From: an uncultured cyanobacterium
Lineage (GTDB): Bacteria; Cyanobacteriota; Cyanobacteriia; Cyanobacteriales; CAWUOF01
Length of the DNA stretch: 64,000 nt
NCBI GenBank assembly: GCA_963744145.1
Contig: CAVUSO010000001.1
Span: forward strand, 4,768,001 to 4,832,000
Reading direction: 5' to 3'
Under the pieces are notes generated by a model that worked only from the letters and a program-made list of their open reading frames with translations, did no database searches and was not told where the DNA came from. Below, one piece after another: positions 43,439 through 55,631 of this stretch (positions are counted from its first letter, which is position 1; the number at the start of each line of letters is the position of its first letter). The translations under genes were made by a program, and so were the position numbers.

Positions 43439-46400
43439 CTTTCTCAATACTGAATCCCGGTAACGGGACTGAAACGGTTAATCTGATGAACAGTTATTCA
43501 GGTAACATACCCACTTTCTCAATACTGAATCCCGGTAACGGGACTGAAACCAGTTATCGTTTGCGATGGGTTTCCGATCCTGAGATATAGCTTTCTCAAT
43601 ACTGAATCCCGGTAACGGGACTGAAACTGATCGAATTTGCTAGAAGCACTAAACCTAAATCAGCGAACTTTCTCAATACTGAATCCCGGTAACGGGACTG
43701 AAACATCGGTAGATTGTCTTATCCAATTTTTATTTATTTCTTTCTCAATACTGAATCCCGGTAACGGGACTGAAACTTAAAGAATATTGAGTTCTTAAAC
43801 TCTCATAGACCACTTTCTCAATACTGAATCCCGGTAACGGGACTGAAACTTGTTCTAGTATATTTTCTTCTAAGGAAGCCTGATAACTTTCTCAATACTG
43901 AATCCCGGTAACGGGACTGAAACTTGATAATTTTACCGATTACCAAATCTTGGTCTAACTCTTTCTCAATACTGAATCCCGGTAACGGGACTGAAACCTA
44001 CCTGTACTGCCTGCAACGGGACATATTGTCCCGTCTTTCTCAATACTGAATCCCGGTAACGGGACTGAAACGAGAAAGAGTTAACTGTATCGGGTTATGC
44101 TAGAGTACAGTACTTTCTCAATACTGAATCCCGGTAACGGGACTGAAACTGGAGGTGCAGGTATTAATCTGCAACATCGTTGTTTAACTTTCTCAATACT
44201 GAATCCCGGTAACGGGACTGAAACTCTGAAATGTCATCTAGCTTACTAGAATCCTTCAAGAAAACTTTCTCAATACTGAATCCCGGTAACGGGACTGAAA
44301 CTATAGGACTATATTTAATTTTATATATTTTACCTTCTACAGCTTTCTCAATACTGAATCCCGGTAACGGGACTGAAACCGTTAATGTAGCTACTCCAGC
44401 ACTACCTGGGAAATTTGCATCTTTCTCAATACTGAATCCCGGTAACGGGACTGAAACCTGCTACTCTATTAATACATTGATTAAAGTCTTTTTCTGCTTT
44501 CTCAATACTGAATCCCGGTAACGGGACTGAAACTTGTTATGTAACATATCATGAACTTGTTGTGCTATGGCTTTCTCAATACTGAATCCCGGTAACGGGA
44601 CTGAAACATCTTAATAACTTACATAAAGATGTATGTAGAGATTGTAAATTAGCTTTCTCAATACTGAATCCCGGTAACGGGACTGAAACGTATCAATTTC
44701 TGTCCAGTTACTACCATCAGCAGCAGGAACTGTACTAGATAATCCAAGCTTTCTCAATACTGAATCCCGGTAACGGGACTGAAACTACTAATCTAATTCT
44801 AACTTCTAATCAATATACACCTTTCTCAATACTGAATCCCGGTAACGGGACTGAAACGAGTACGAGAATTGTATGAAGATGAGAAACAAAGACTTTCTCA
44901 ATACTGAATCCCGGTAACGGGACTGAAACTATCGCCTTTATGGCAATCTGCTATGTAATATTTAATACTTTCTCAATACTGAATCCCGGTAACGGGACTG
45001 AAACTTGTAAAAGAATGTTTACAGCACTATATGAATAAAGATACTTTCTCAATACTGAATCCCGGTAACGGGACTGAAACCATAAAGAATATGGCGGAAA
45101 GTTTTTATTTAAAAAAGCAGACTTTCTCAATACTGAATCCCGGTAACGGGACTGAAACTTGGTTACAAGAAATATATGTAGAGTATGATACTTTCTCAAT
45201 ACTGAATCCCGGTAACGGGACTGAAACCCGATGTATCTCGAAGTATCAGGTAGAATTTTTCTTGATCACTTTCTCAATACTGAATCCCGGTAACGGGACT
45301 GAAACTATTAAATTCTATTACTAATATAAATAAGACGTTCTTTCTCAATACTGAATCCCGGTAACGGGACTGAAACTTGTAGGTATTTGCTCCCTGTTCC
45401 CAAGTTTGTGATCTACTTTCTCAATACTGAATCCCGGTAACGGGACTGAAACTTAATAATATTTCATTATCCAACCTACGTTGGATTACTCTTTCTCAAT
45501 ACTGAATCCCGGTAACGGGACTGAAACGCTAATACTACTTGGTTAACTCCTAGTAATCGTACTATCTTTCTCAATACTGAATCCCGGTAACGGGACTGAA
45601 ACTACCGTCAGCTCTATAGGGCTTATTTCTCAATGTAGACTTTCTCAATACTGAATCCCGGTAACGGGACTGAAACAAATCTAAACATACATAAATATGG
45701 TTTAATTCTTCTTCTTTCTCAATACTGAATCCCGGTAACGGGACTGAAACTTTATTATTTATAAGAGAAACTACATATACTAAACAACGTCTTTCTCAAT
45801 ACTGAATCCCGGTAACGGGACTGAAACTTTCTAGTTCACAGTTTTCTACGAACCATTGTTTTAACTTTCTCAATACTGAATCCCGGTAACGGGACTGAAA
45901 CCATAAATTTGGTATCCCTACTAATCCTAAACATTGGCTTTCTCAATACTGAATCCCGGTAACGGGACTGAAACTACAAATCCCCAATATGCCTCCTGTA
46001 TATCCAGGTCTTTCTCAATACTGAATCCCGGTAACGGGACTGAAACTCTAAATAATCCGCCAATTCATCAGTAGAGATTTGACTTTCTCAATACTGAATC
46101 CCGGTAACGGGACTGAAACACATTAAAACTCCTGCGGGTTGACAAGATGTCTGTAACTTACTTTCTCAATACTGAATCCCGGTAACGGGACTGAAACTAT
46201 AACAATAGGTATCTATATTCTCTATAGAATCTATACTTTCTCAATACTGAATCCCGGTAACGGGACTGAAACTAACAGGTTTAAAGCATCACTAACTTTG
46301 GCGTAAAGCTTTCTCAATACTGAATCCCGGTAACGGGACTGAAACAAATATTCCTATTAAATCTATTAAATTTATAGATAACTTTCTCAATACTGAATCC

Positions 46401-49400
46401 CGGTAACGGGACTGAAACTGTTGTTCAGTCATACATATACGGAAATTACTTAGGACTTTCTCAATACTGAATCCCGGTAACGGGACTGAAACTTAGATTC
46501 GACGGAAATAACGCTAGGGTGATAACGGCTTTCTCAATACTGAATCCCGGTAACGGGACTGAAACAACTCTAAGTGTACGTTATGGTTTAATCGTATAGT
46601 TAACTTTCTCAATACTGAATCCCGGTAACGGGACTGAAACCTTACTAACGATACTGTTGTAAAATTGCGTTTTAAAAACTTTCTCAATACTGAATCCCGG
46701 TAACGGGACTGAAACCAATATTGATTGTACAAAAAGTTTGTATTATATCAACTTTCTCAATACTGAATCCCGGTAACGGGACTGAAACCAGGACTTATTT
46801 CTAAATCTATACATAGTAGATCAGACTTTCTCAATACTGAATCCCGGTAACGGGACTGAAACGATCAGGATAATTTCTTAACTGCCATTTAAGGACAGTT
46901 CTAGAGCTTTCTCAATACTGAATCCCGGTAACGGGACTGAAACACACTCTAACCCGTCAACCTTAAACCACAAGGAAAACTTTCTCAATACTGAATCCCG
47001 GTAACGGGACTGAAACTAACCACCTACTGTTGTTTTAGGAGATAACGTAAATCTCACTTTCTCAATACTGAATCCCGGTAACGGGACTGAAACTTAGACA
47101 ACATAACAAACTCCTTGATCATTGTGCTTTCTCAATACTGAATCCCGGTAACGGGACTGAAACGATTTATAAGAGTTTAAATAAACTCCAGATAACCCTA
47201 CTTTCTCAATACTGAATCCCGGTAACGGGACTGAAACTGAAAGAACAAAGTATGTGTTCATCACCAATCATGATGCTTTCTCAATACTGAATCCCGGTAA
47301 CGGGACTGAAACTCTACCTATTCTTTTATTAAGATAGAGAGCAAGATAGCTTTCTCAATACTGAATCCCGGTAACGGGACTGAAACAAGTGAATTGTTTT
47401 TAATCCGTCTTTTGTAGGTTGATCCTTTCTCAATACTGAATCCCGGTAACGGGACTGAAACTACGCTGAACTGTTCCAAACAACAGAACAAGAAACTTTC
47501 TCAATACTGAATCCCGGTAACGGGACTGAAACAATGTATTATAAAAAGCTAGTTCTTCTAAACTTGTCATAGCTTTCTCAATACTGAATCCCGGTAACGG
47601 GACTGAAACTCTCAAAATACTTATGTGCTTTTTGTTTTAATAGCTTTCTCAATACTGAATCCCGGTAACGGGACTGAAACGTGCAATACCATAATGATGT
47701 TTTCCTACCTAGTACTTTCTCAATACTGAATCCCGGTAACGGGACTGAAACTATCATGATCTAGAGATAGAAGAATTAAATAATCATCTTAACAGCTTTC
47801 TCAATACTGAATCCCGGTAACGGGACTGAAACGAGAAGAACAAACAAAACAAAACACCAACTAAGGAGATTACAGCTTTCTCAATACTGAATCCCGGTAA
47901 CGGGACTGAAACCTAGAGTTATCAATTAATCCCATAGTAGATAAAGGCTTTCTCAATACTGAATCCCGGTAACGGGACTGAAACGTCTTATTTCATTCCT
48001 TCTAGAATCCAAATAATCTGGACTTTCTCAATACTGAATCCCGGTAACGGGACTGAAACTTATCCAATGCAGATGTTATATGGTCTATTATCCAGCGCTT
48101 TCTCAATACTGAATCCCGGTAACGGGACTGAAACGTAGCCATCAATGCAATGGATAAAACGCAACCAACTACTTTCTCAATACTGAATCCCGGTAACGGG
48201 ACTGAAACATAAGAAACTTTAGAAAAAACAGTCAACATAACTAACTTTCTCAATACTGAATCCCGGTAACGGGACTGAAACAATCGCGTTGATAGAGAAC
48301 ATTGGCACAATTTCTAACTTTCTCAATACTGAATCCCGGTAACGGGACTGAAACAGCAATAATTATCCTTGTCGCGTTTGCCTTTAGAGCCGCTTTCTCA
48401 ATACTGAATCCCGGTAACGGGACTGAAACCTTCCCTACAAAATCTTCGATTCCTAATAGCCCTCGGCTCTTTCTCAATACTGAATCCCGGTAACGGGACT
48501 GAAACCTAATAAAGTTGGCCAGATTGGTTCCAACCTCTTGCTTTCTCAATACTGAATCCCGGTAACGGGACTGAAACCTGTTAATATTGGAGAGTTAACT
48601 GTATCGGGTTATGCCCGCTTTCTCAATACTGAATCCCGGTAACGGGACTGAAACAAGAAACATATCTATGTATATACATGGATATAAATATAGCTTTCTC
48701 AATACTGAATCCCGGTAACGGGACTGAAACGCATTATTATTAAATTCCATTTTGTAAGGGCGTTCCCTGGGGACTTTCTCAATACTGAATCCCGGTAACG
48801 GGACTGAAACTCCAGAAAAAATACTAAGTGCGGATAATTATAGCCACTTTCTCAATACTGAATCCCGGTAACGGGACTGAAACTCGACCTGTGCAAACAA
48901 GTCGGCCAACTCATCGCCTGCGCTTTCTCAATACTGAATCCCGGTAACGGGACTGAAACAAATAATCACTACCTCCAAAATTAGGGTCAATCCCTGCAAT
49001 ATAAGTGTTGCCTGGAAATGGTTGCAGCCAAGTCCCGCTTTCTCAATACTGAATCCCGGTAACGGGACTGAAACGCTTTCAAAAATGGATATCGGTAAGA
49101 TGGATTGAAAAATCTTTCTCAATACTGAATCCCGGTAACGGGACTGAAACCTAATTGGATTTCTTGCTCCTCAATCCACCGACTTTCTCAATACTGAATC
49201 CCGGTAACGGGACTGAAACTCTTATAATCTATCTTTGTTATTCACAAACTCAGATCTTTCTCAATACTGAATCCCGGTAACGGGACTGAAACTCTATAGA
49301 TCTGATAAGAGATTGATATCTAAGATCATGACTTTCTCAATACTGAATCCCGGTAACGGGACTGAAACAATCTCTGTAGTTGGTAGTAGCTGAGTTCTAC

Positions 49401-52400
49401 ATTATTAGCTTTCTCAATACTGAATCCCGGTAACGGGACTGAAACTCTGATCTATAGCTACATATATTAGATTGTTATGGGTTCTTTCTCAATACTGAAT
49501 CCCGGTAACGGGACTGAAACAACAATACTGGATCATGCAAGACCGACAAGAAAAAACAGCTTTCTCAATACTGAATCCCGGTAACGGGACTGAAACTTGA
49601 GAAAGCTTCGCTTCGGTGACTGGGTTAAAATTGTGCGATCTTTCTCAATACTGAATCCCGGTAACGGGACTGAAACATGAAATAGTTAGTATTCTTATTC
49701 TGAGATAAGAACTTTCTCAATACTGAATCCCGGTAACGGGACTGAAACGATTCAGAAGCTCGTAAATTGGGGTCTTTGGTATCACTTTCTCAATACTGAA
49801 TCCCGGTAACGGGACTGAAACTATAATTTTTATTTTTCTTTGCCCTAAAGGGGAATAATTCTTTCTCAATACTGAATCCCGGTAACGGGACTGAAACCGG
49901 AAATTATCTAGAAAATTAGTGTGATTCAAATCTTTCTCAATACTGAATCCCGGTAACGGGACTGAAACGATTTTTTCTATGAGGATAAGAACAGCGAGAG
50001 TTCTGCTTTCTCAATACTGAATCCCGGTAACGGGACTGAAACTTTTATACGCCATCGATGATAAATGCACCTATAGCTGCTTTCTCAATACTGAATCCCG
50101 GTAACGGGACTGAAACATTAATATCCCTAGCTGTTTCTTTTTGAAATTAGCTTCTTTCTCAATACTGAATCCCGGTAACGGGACTGAAACTTTTCAAGCT
50201 CCCACTCACGGAAAACTTCTTTTCTCTGCTTTCTCAATACTGAATCCCGGTAACGGGACTGAAACATTACCAAAACGAACGGCCCGAACTGGATGCTGAA
50301 CTCTTTCTCAATACTGAATCCCGGTAACGGGACTGAAACTTTCCCTGCAACCCAAGCATTAATGGTTACTTCAGGAACTTTCTCAATACTGAATCCCGGT
50401 AACGGGACTGAAACTTTGTACGGTCCATATTTTATGTTTTTCGTTCCATGCTTTCTCAATACTGAATCCCGGTAACGGGACTGAAACATTCAGATATTGT
50501 ATTGCAATAAATCAATCTGTAGCTGCTTTCTCAATACTGAATCCCGGTAACGGGACTGAAACCACTACCCACGGTCTTAACCCAGACACAGCAAGCATCT
50601 TTCTCAATACTGAATCCCGGTAACGGGACTGAAACAATCTGGGAATGACATTTCAACTAGGTCTGACGGATCGGCTACTTTCTCAATACTGAATCCCGGT
50701 AACGGGACTGAAACATTCTGCCTTGCAACCACGGGCTTGAGCTAAAAGACTTTCTCAATACTGAATCCCGGTAACGGGACTGAAACGAAGATTGGCTCAG
50801 GAAGCGAATGAAATTTCATAGGTTTCAGTCCCGCTTTCTCAATACTGAATCCCGGTAACGGGACTGAAACTGCCCACGATACTACCCACACTACCCACGA
50901 TCATTTTGACTTTCTCAATACTGAATCCCGGTAACGGGACTGAAACTTTTTATTAGAAATATAGATTTGTTTGAAACGTTGGCTTTCTCAATACTGAATC
51001 CCGGTAACGGGACTGAAACAAGAGCAGATTTTTACCCAAATTGCCTATGACGACTTTCTCAATACTGAATCCCGGTAACGGGACTGAAACAATAATTCTT
51101 CTACTTGACAAACATGGTAAGGTGGTGCTTTCTCAATACTGAATCCCGGTAACGGGACTGAAACTTTTACAGCTAACGTTTCCCCAGTTAATTTAGTTTC
51201 TGACTTTCTCAATACTGAATCCCGGTAACGGGACTGAAACCCGTCCTTATTTAGCTGTACTGGGAGGGAGTTTTTTGACAGCTTTCTCAATACTGAATCC
51301 CGGTAACGGGACTGAAACGCTTGAACTGGGGTAGCAGTAACGGTAATTGGAGGCTTTCTCAATACTGAATCCCGGTAACGGGACTGAAACGATTGTTAAT
51401 CGCGATCGCACCTACTGATCGAAACGGCTTTCTCAATACTGAATCCCGGTAACGGGACTGAAACCTGCTCAAATAGTTTTTGATTTAACCAAATTTATTA
51501 GCCTTTCTCAATACTGAATCCCGGTAACGGGACTGAAACCCAATATAATGCCTTTAAATCCTACTGTAAAACCTAGTCTTTCTCAATACTGAATCCCGGT
51601 AACGGGACTGAAACTTATCTTTTTTATATACAATTCGGACTGGTTGTGACGGCTTTCTCAATACTGAATCCCGGTAACGGGACTGAAACTTTTCCTTGCT
51701 GTTTAAGGTTGACGGGTTAGAGTGACTTTCTCAATACTGAATCCCGGTAACGGGACTGAAACACATCACAATTATCCCATAAATGACAAAACCCATCCTA
51801 CTTTCTCAATACTGAATCCCGGTAACGGGACTGAAACAATTAATCTTAACTAAGAACGAGAACGACTAAAGCTTTCTCAATACTGAATCCCGGTAACGGG
51901 ACTGAAACAAATAAAATCTTTGCTTGCAACTAAAAAGTTAAACTCCTTTCTCAATACTGAATCCCGGTAACGGGACTGAAACTATTACCTTTACTAGAGA
52001 AGTATGGTATACACCTCTTTCTCAATACTGAATCCCGGTAACGGGACTGAAACCCTTTCTGTTGTATCCAAAACAGAAAACAATCTAGTCCTTTCTCAAT
52101 ACTGAATCCCGGTAACGGGACTGAAACTCCTGACTGCCATTGTTCTGAGGGTGAGTTTTTTGATCTTTCTCAATACTGAATCCCGGTAACGGGACTGAAA
52201 CATTTCATCATAATCAATGTACTGCCAACCATTGTCAGCTTTCTCAATACTGAATCCCGGTAACGGGACTGAAACAAATCTTGTTTGGTAGTCATTTGTC
52301 TTGTCCTGCGTCTTTCTCAATACTGAATCCCGGTAACGGGACTGAAACATGACACGAGAACCATCGGGTTCTCCGCCTTTTATTCCTTTCTCAATACTGA

Positions 52401-55400
52401 ATCCCGGTAACGGGACTGAAACTTTATATTGTCGCAAAGGGGCAGGAAACTCCAGTCCGGGCTTTCTCAATACTGAATCCCGGTAACGGGACTGAAACGA
52501 GAAAATTTAGGAGCAAAAAATGAGATTAGAAGCCTTTCTCAATACTGAATCCCGGTAACGGGACTGAAACTTCAGATTTAGTAAACGACTGCTGAATAAG
52601 TCCCAACTTTCTCAATACTGAATCCCGGTAACGGGACTGAAACAATATAACCAGATCAGCAATGATCTGGTTTTTTAATCTTTCTCAATACTGAATCCCG
52701 GTAACGGGACTGAAACTATCTATATTATATAGTTACTAGGGATTCTCTGAAGTAACTTTCTCAATACTGAATCCCGGTAACGGGACTGAAACTTGCTGGG
52801 CTGATATTGTTTATCGTCAATGTACTGATTCTGCTTTCTCAATACTGAATCCCGGTAACGGGACTGAAACTAACAGAAATGATGCGATCGCACGCCCGCG
52901 AAATTTGCTTTCTCAATACTGAATCCCGGTAACGGGACTGAAACTGGTTTATACTTATGATCATAAACCACAAGAACGGATGCACTTTCTCAATACTGAA
53001 TCCCGGTAACGGGACTGAAACCACTAAATGAACAAGAGGGAATAGAATACTCACCCATCTTTCTCAATACTGAATCCCGGTAACGGGACTGAAACTTCTA
53101 CAATCTGGCTCGACACAACTTTGCTAAAGACTTTCACTACTTTCTCAATACTGAATCCCGGTAACGGGACTGAAACATATCTATAGACGGATATTCCCCA
53201 GACCATCTGGCTTGTCAACTTTCTCAATACTGAATCCCGGTAACGGGACTGAAACTTTATTAATTCATCTCTAAAAGATATAATCTCTAATCTTTCTCAA
53301 TACTGAATCCCGGTAACGGGACTGAAACGTTATTAAGTTCTTCTACATCTAGATCATGATATACATCTTTCTCAATACTGAATCCCGGTAACGGGACTGA
53401 AACTATACATCTATACCATCGATACTAGATATAGATGCTTTCTCAATACTGAATCCCGGTAACGGGACTGAAACAAGGTTAGTTATATAATATAGGTTCG
53501 AGTCCTATACTACTTTCTCAATACTGAATCCCGGTAACGGGACTGAAACTTTTTATATAGTTTGTATAGATTCACCAACAATGGATGCTTTCTCAATACT
53601 GAATCCCGGTAACGGGACTGAAACCGATTGAGTTTTTTGCCAGAAAAGATAAAAAGCTTTCTCAATACTGAATCCCGGTAACGGGACTGAAACATCCTTT
53701 TTAGTATCTATATTTTTACATAGGTAATCTTTCTCAATACTGAATCCCGGTAACGGGACTGAAACATTATATAAAAGTAAAAGATCCATTAGCGTGGACG
53801 CCTTTCTCAATACTGAATCCCGGTAACGGGACTGAAACTATTAACAACGTCAATAATAGAAATCCTTAACTACTTTCTCAATACTGAATCCCGGTAACGG
53901 GACTGAAACTTAGATGTTTTCTTATCCCTAGGCGGTATTCCCGCCACTTTCTCAATACTGAATCCCGGTAACGGGACTGAAACAATTATTTAGGAGACAG
54001 TTTATGAACCCCATTCCACTTTCTCAATACTGAATCCCGGTAACGGGACTGAAACTTGGACGGAAACATTCCCACTTCAATCGTTGAACTGAACTTTCTC
54101 AATACTGAATCCCGGTAACGGGACTGAAACGATTTTTGCCAGATTGGTCGGATCTTATCCGCCTCGCTTTCTCAATACTGAATCCCGGTAACGGGACTGA
54201 AACTTCCCAAGGAGTGGAAAACCGAGGAGCTGTAAAGCCAACTTTCTCAATACTGAATCCCGGTAACGGGACTGAAACTTTCGATTAATTCTGGATCATG
54301 TTCAGGAACTCGACTTTCTCAATACTGAATCCCGGTAACGGGACTGAAACACAGTGCCAAATGATGCTCCTAGCCACAATTCACCCACCTTTCTCAATAC
54401 TGAATCCCGGTAACGGGACTGAAACCCCCCAAAACCGGGGGATAGGATAGAATATTCATGTCCTTTCTCAATACTGAATCCCGGTAACGGGACTGAAACT
54501 TGAGAAAATAAATTCTTATCGGTTGATCAGAGAAGAACTTTCTCAATACTGAATCCCGGTAACGGGACTGAAACGACCCACAAAATTCGCTATTTTTGCG
54601 AAGGTTGCCACTTTCTCAATACTGAATCCCGGTAACGGGACTGAAACTCGTATGGCTTAAGTTGGCTAGATTCATTCCTTTCCAACTTTCTCAATACTGA
54701 ATCCCGGTAACGGGACTGAAACTCCAGGCCAATTGATTTTGCTAAATATTCCAAAGAAACATCTTTCTCAATACTGAATCCCGGTAACGGGACTGAAACC
54801 GGATTGTTGCACTACTGGCGCAGGTTGTGGTGGATGGCTTTCTCAATACTGAATCCCGGTAACGGGACTGAAACCAATGAAACGGCTCAATACTCTTTGG
54901 ATAAATTTACCGACTTTCTCAATACTGAATCCCGGTAACGGGACTGAAACTTGTGCGAGCGGTTTTGTTGGTAGTAGTCATTGTCTTTCTCAATACTGAA
55001 TCCCGGTAACGGGACTGAAACTATTTTTTTATAGTTCTTGTTTTAAGAGAAAATTGAGCTTTCTCAATACTGAATCCCGGTAACGGGACTGAAACTTACC
55101 AATCGGCGATCGCCCATCCGTACTCAAAGCAAGCTTTCTCAATACTGAATCCCGGTAACGGGACTGAAACATACACAGTAATCGTTACAGCGATTTTAAA
55201 AAAACTTTCCGACTTTCTCAATACTGAATCCCGGTAACGGGACTGAAACAACAGCAGAAGAATGTTGTCTTCTCATTAATGAAGCCGCTTTCTCAATACT
55301 GAATCCCGGTAACGGGACTGAAACTCGAACGATGTAACTATAGCCTTTTCGCTGTAAAAACTTTCTCAATACTGAATCCCGGTAACGGGACTGAAACGCA

Positions 55401-55631
55401 TCTTGGCTTAACGTTCTTGAAAACATTACTTCATCATTACTTCTTTCTCAATACTGAATCCCGGTAACGGGACTGAAACTATGCGTCTTTGTCGTCCAAA
55501 GACCACTGCTTACGGTCAGACTTTCTCAATACTGAATCCCGGTAACGGGACTGAAACTTCTTCCATCTACTCCATCTCCGTTAACTTTGCAGCACTTTCT
55601 CAATACTGAATCCCGGTAACGGGACTGAAAC
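43439..55631 (+). CRISPR. Type I-D CRISPR array, about 163 repeats / 162 spacers (manual count)
   Basis: Invariant 37-nt repeat CTTTCTCAATACTGAATCCCGGTAACGGGACTGAAAC (hairpin TCCCG-GTAA-CGGGA, 3' GAAAC); spacers mostly 32-45 nt. Confidence 0.99.

Noticed and set aside
48506..54166. Short 10-11 nt overlaps between other spacers (gccagattggt, tcaatgtactg, ctggatcatg)
   Set aside because: Expected by chance among ~160 spacers; no extension beyond the core
43476..55594. Self-targeting spacers within this window
   Set aside because: Only short matches of about 12 nt or less were noticed by eye (e.g. caagatgtctgt vs 6957-6968); an exhaustive alignment was not possible
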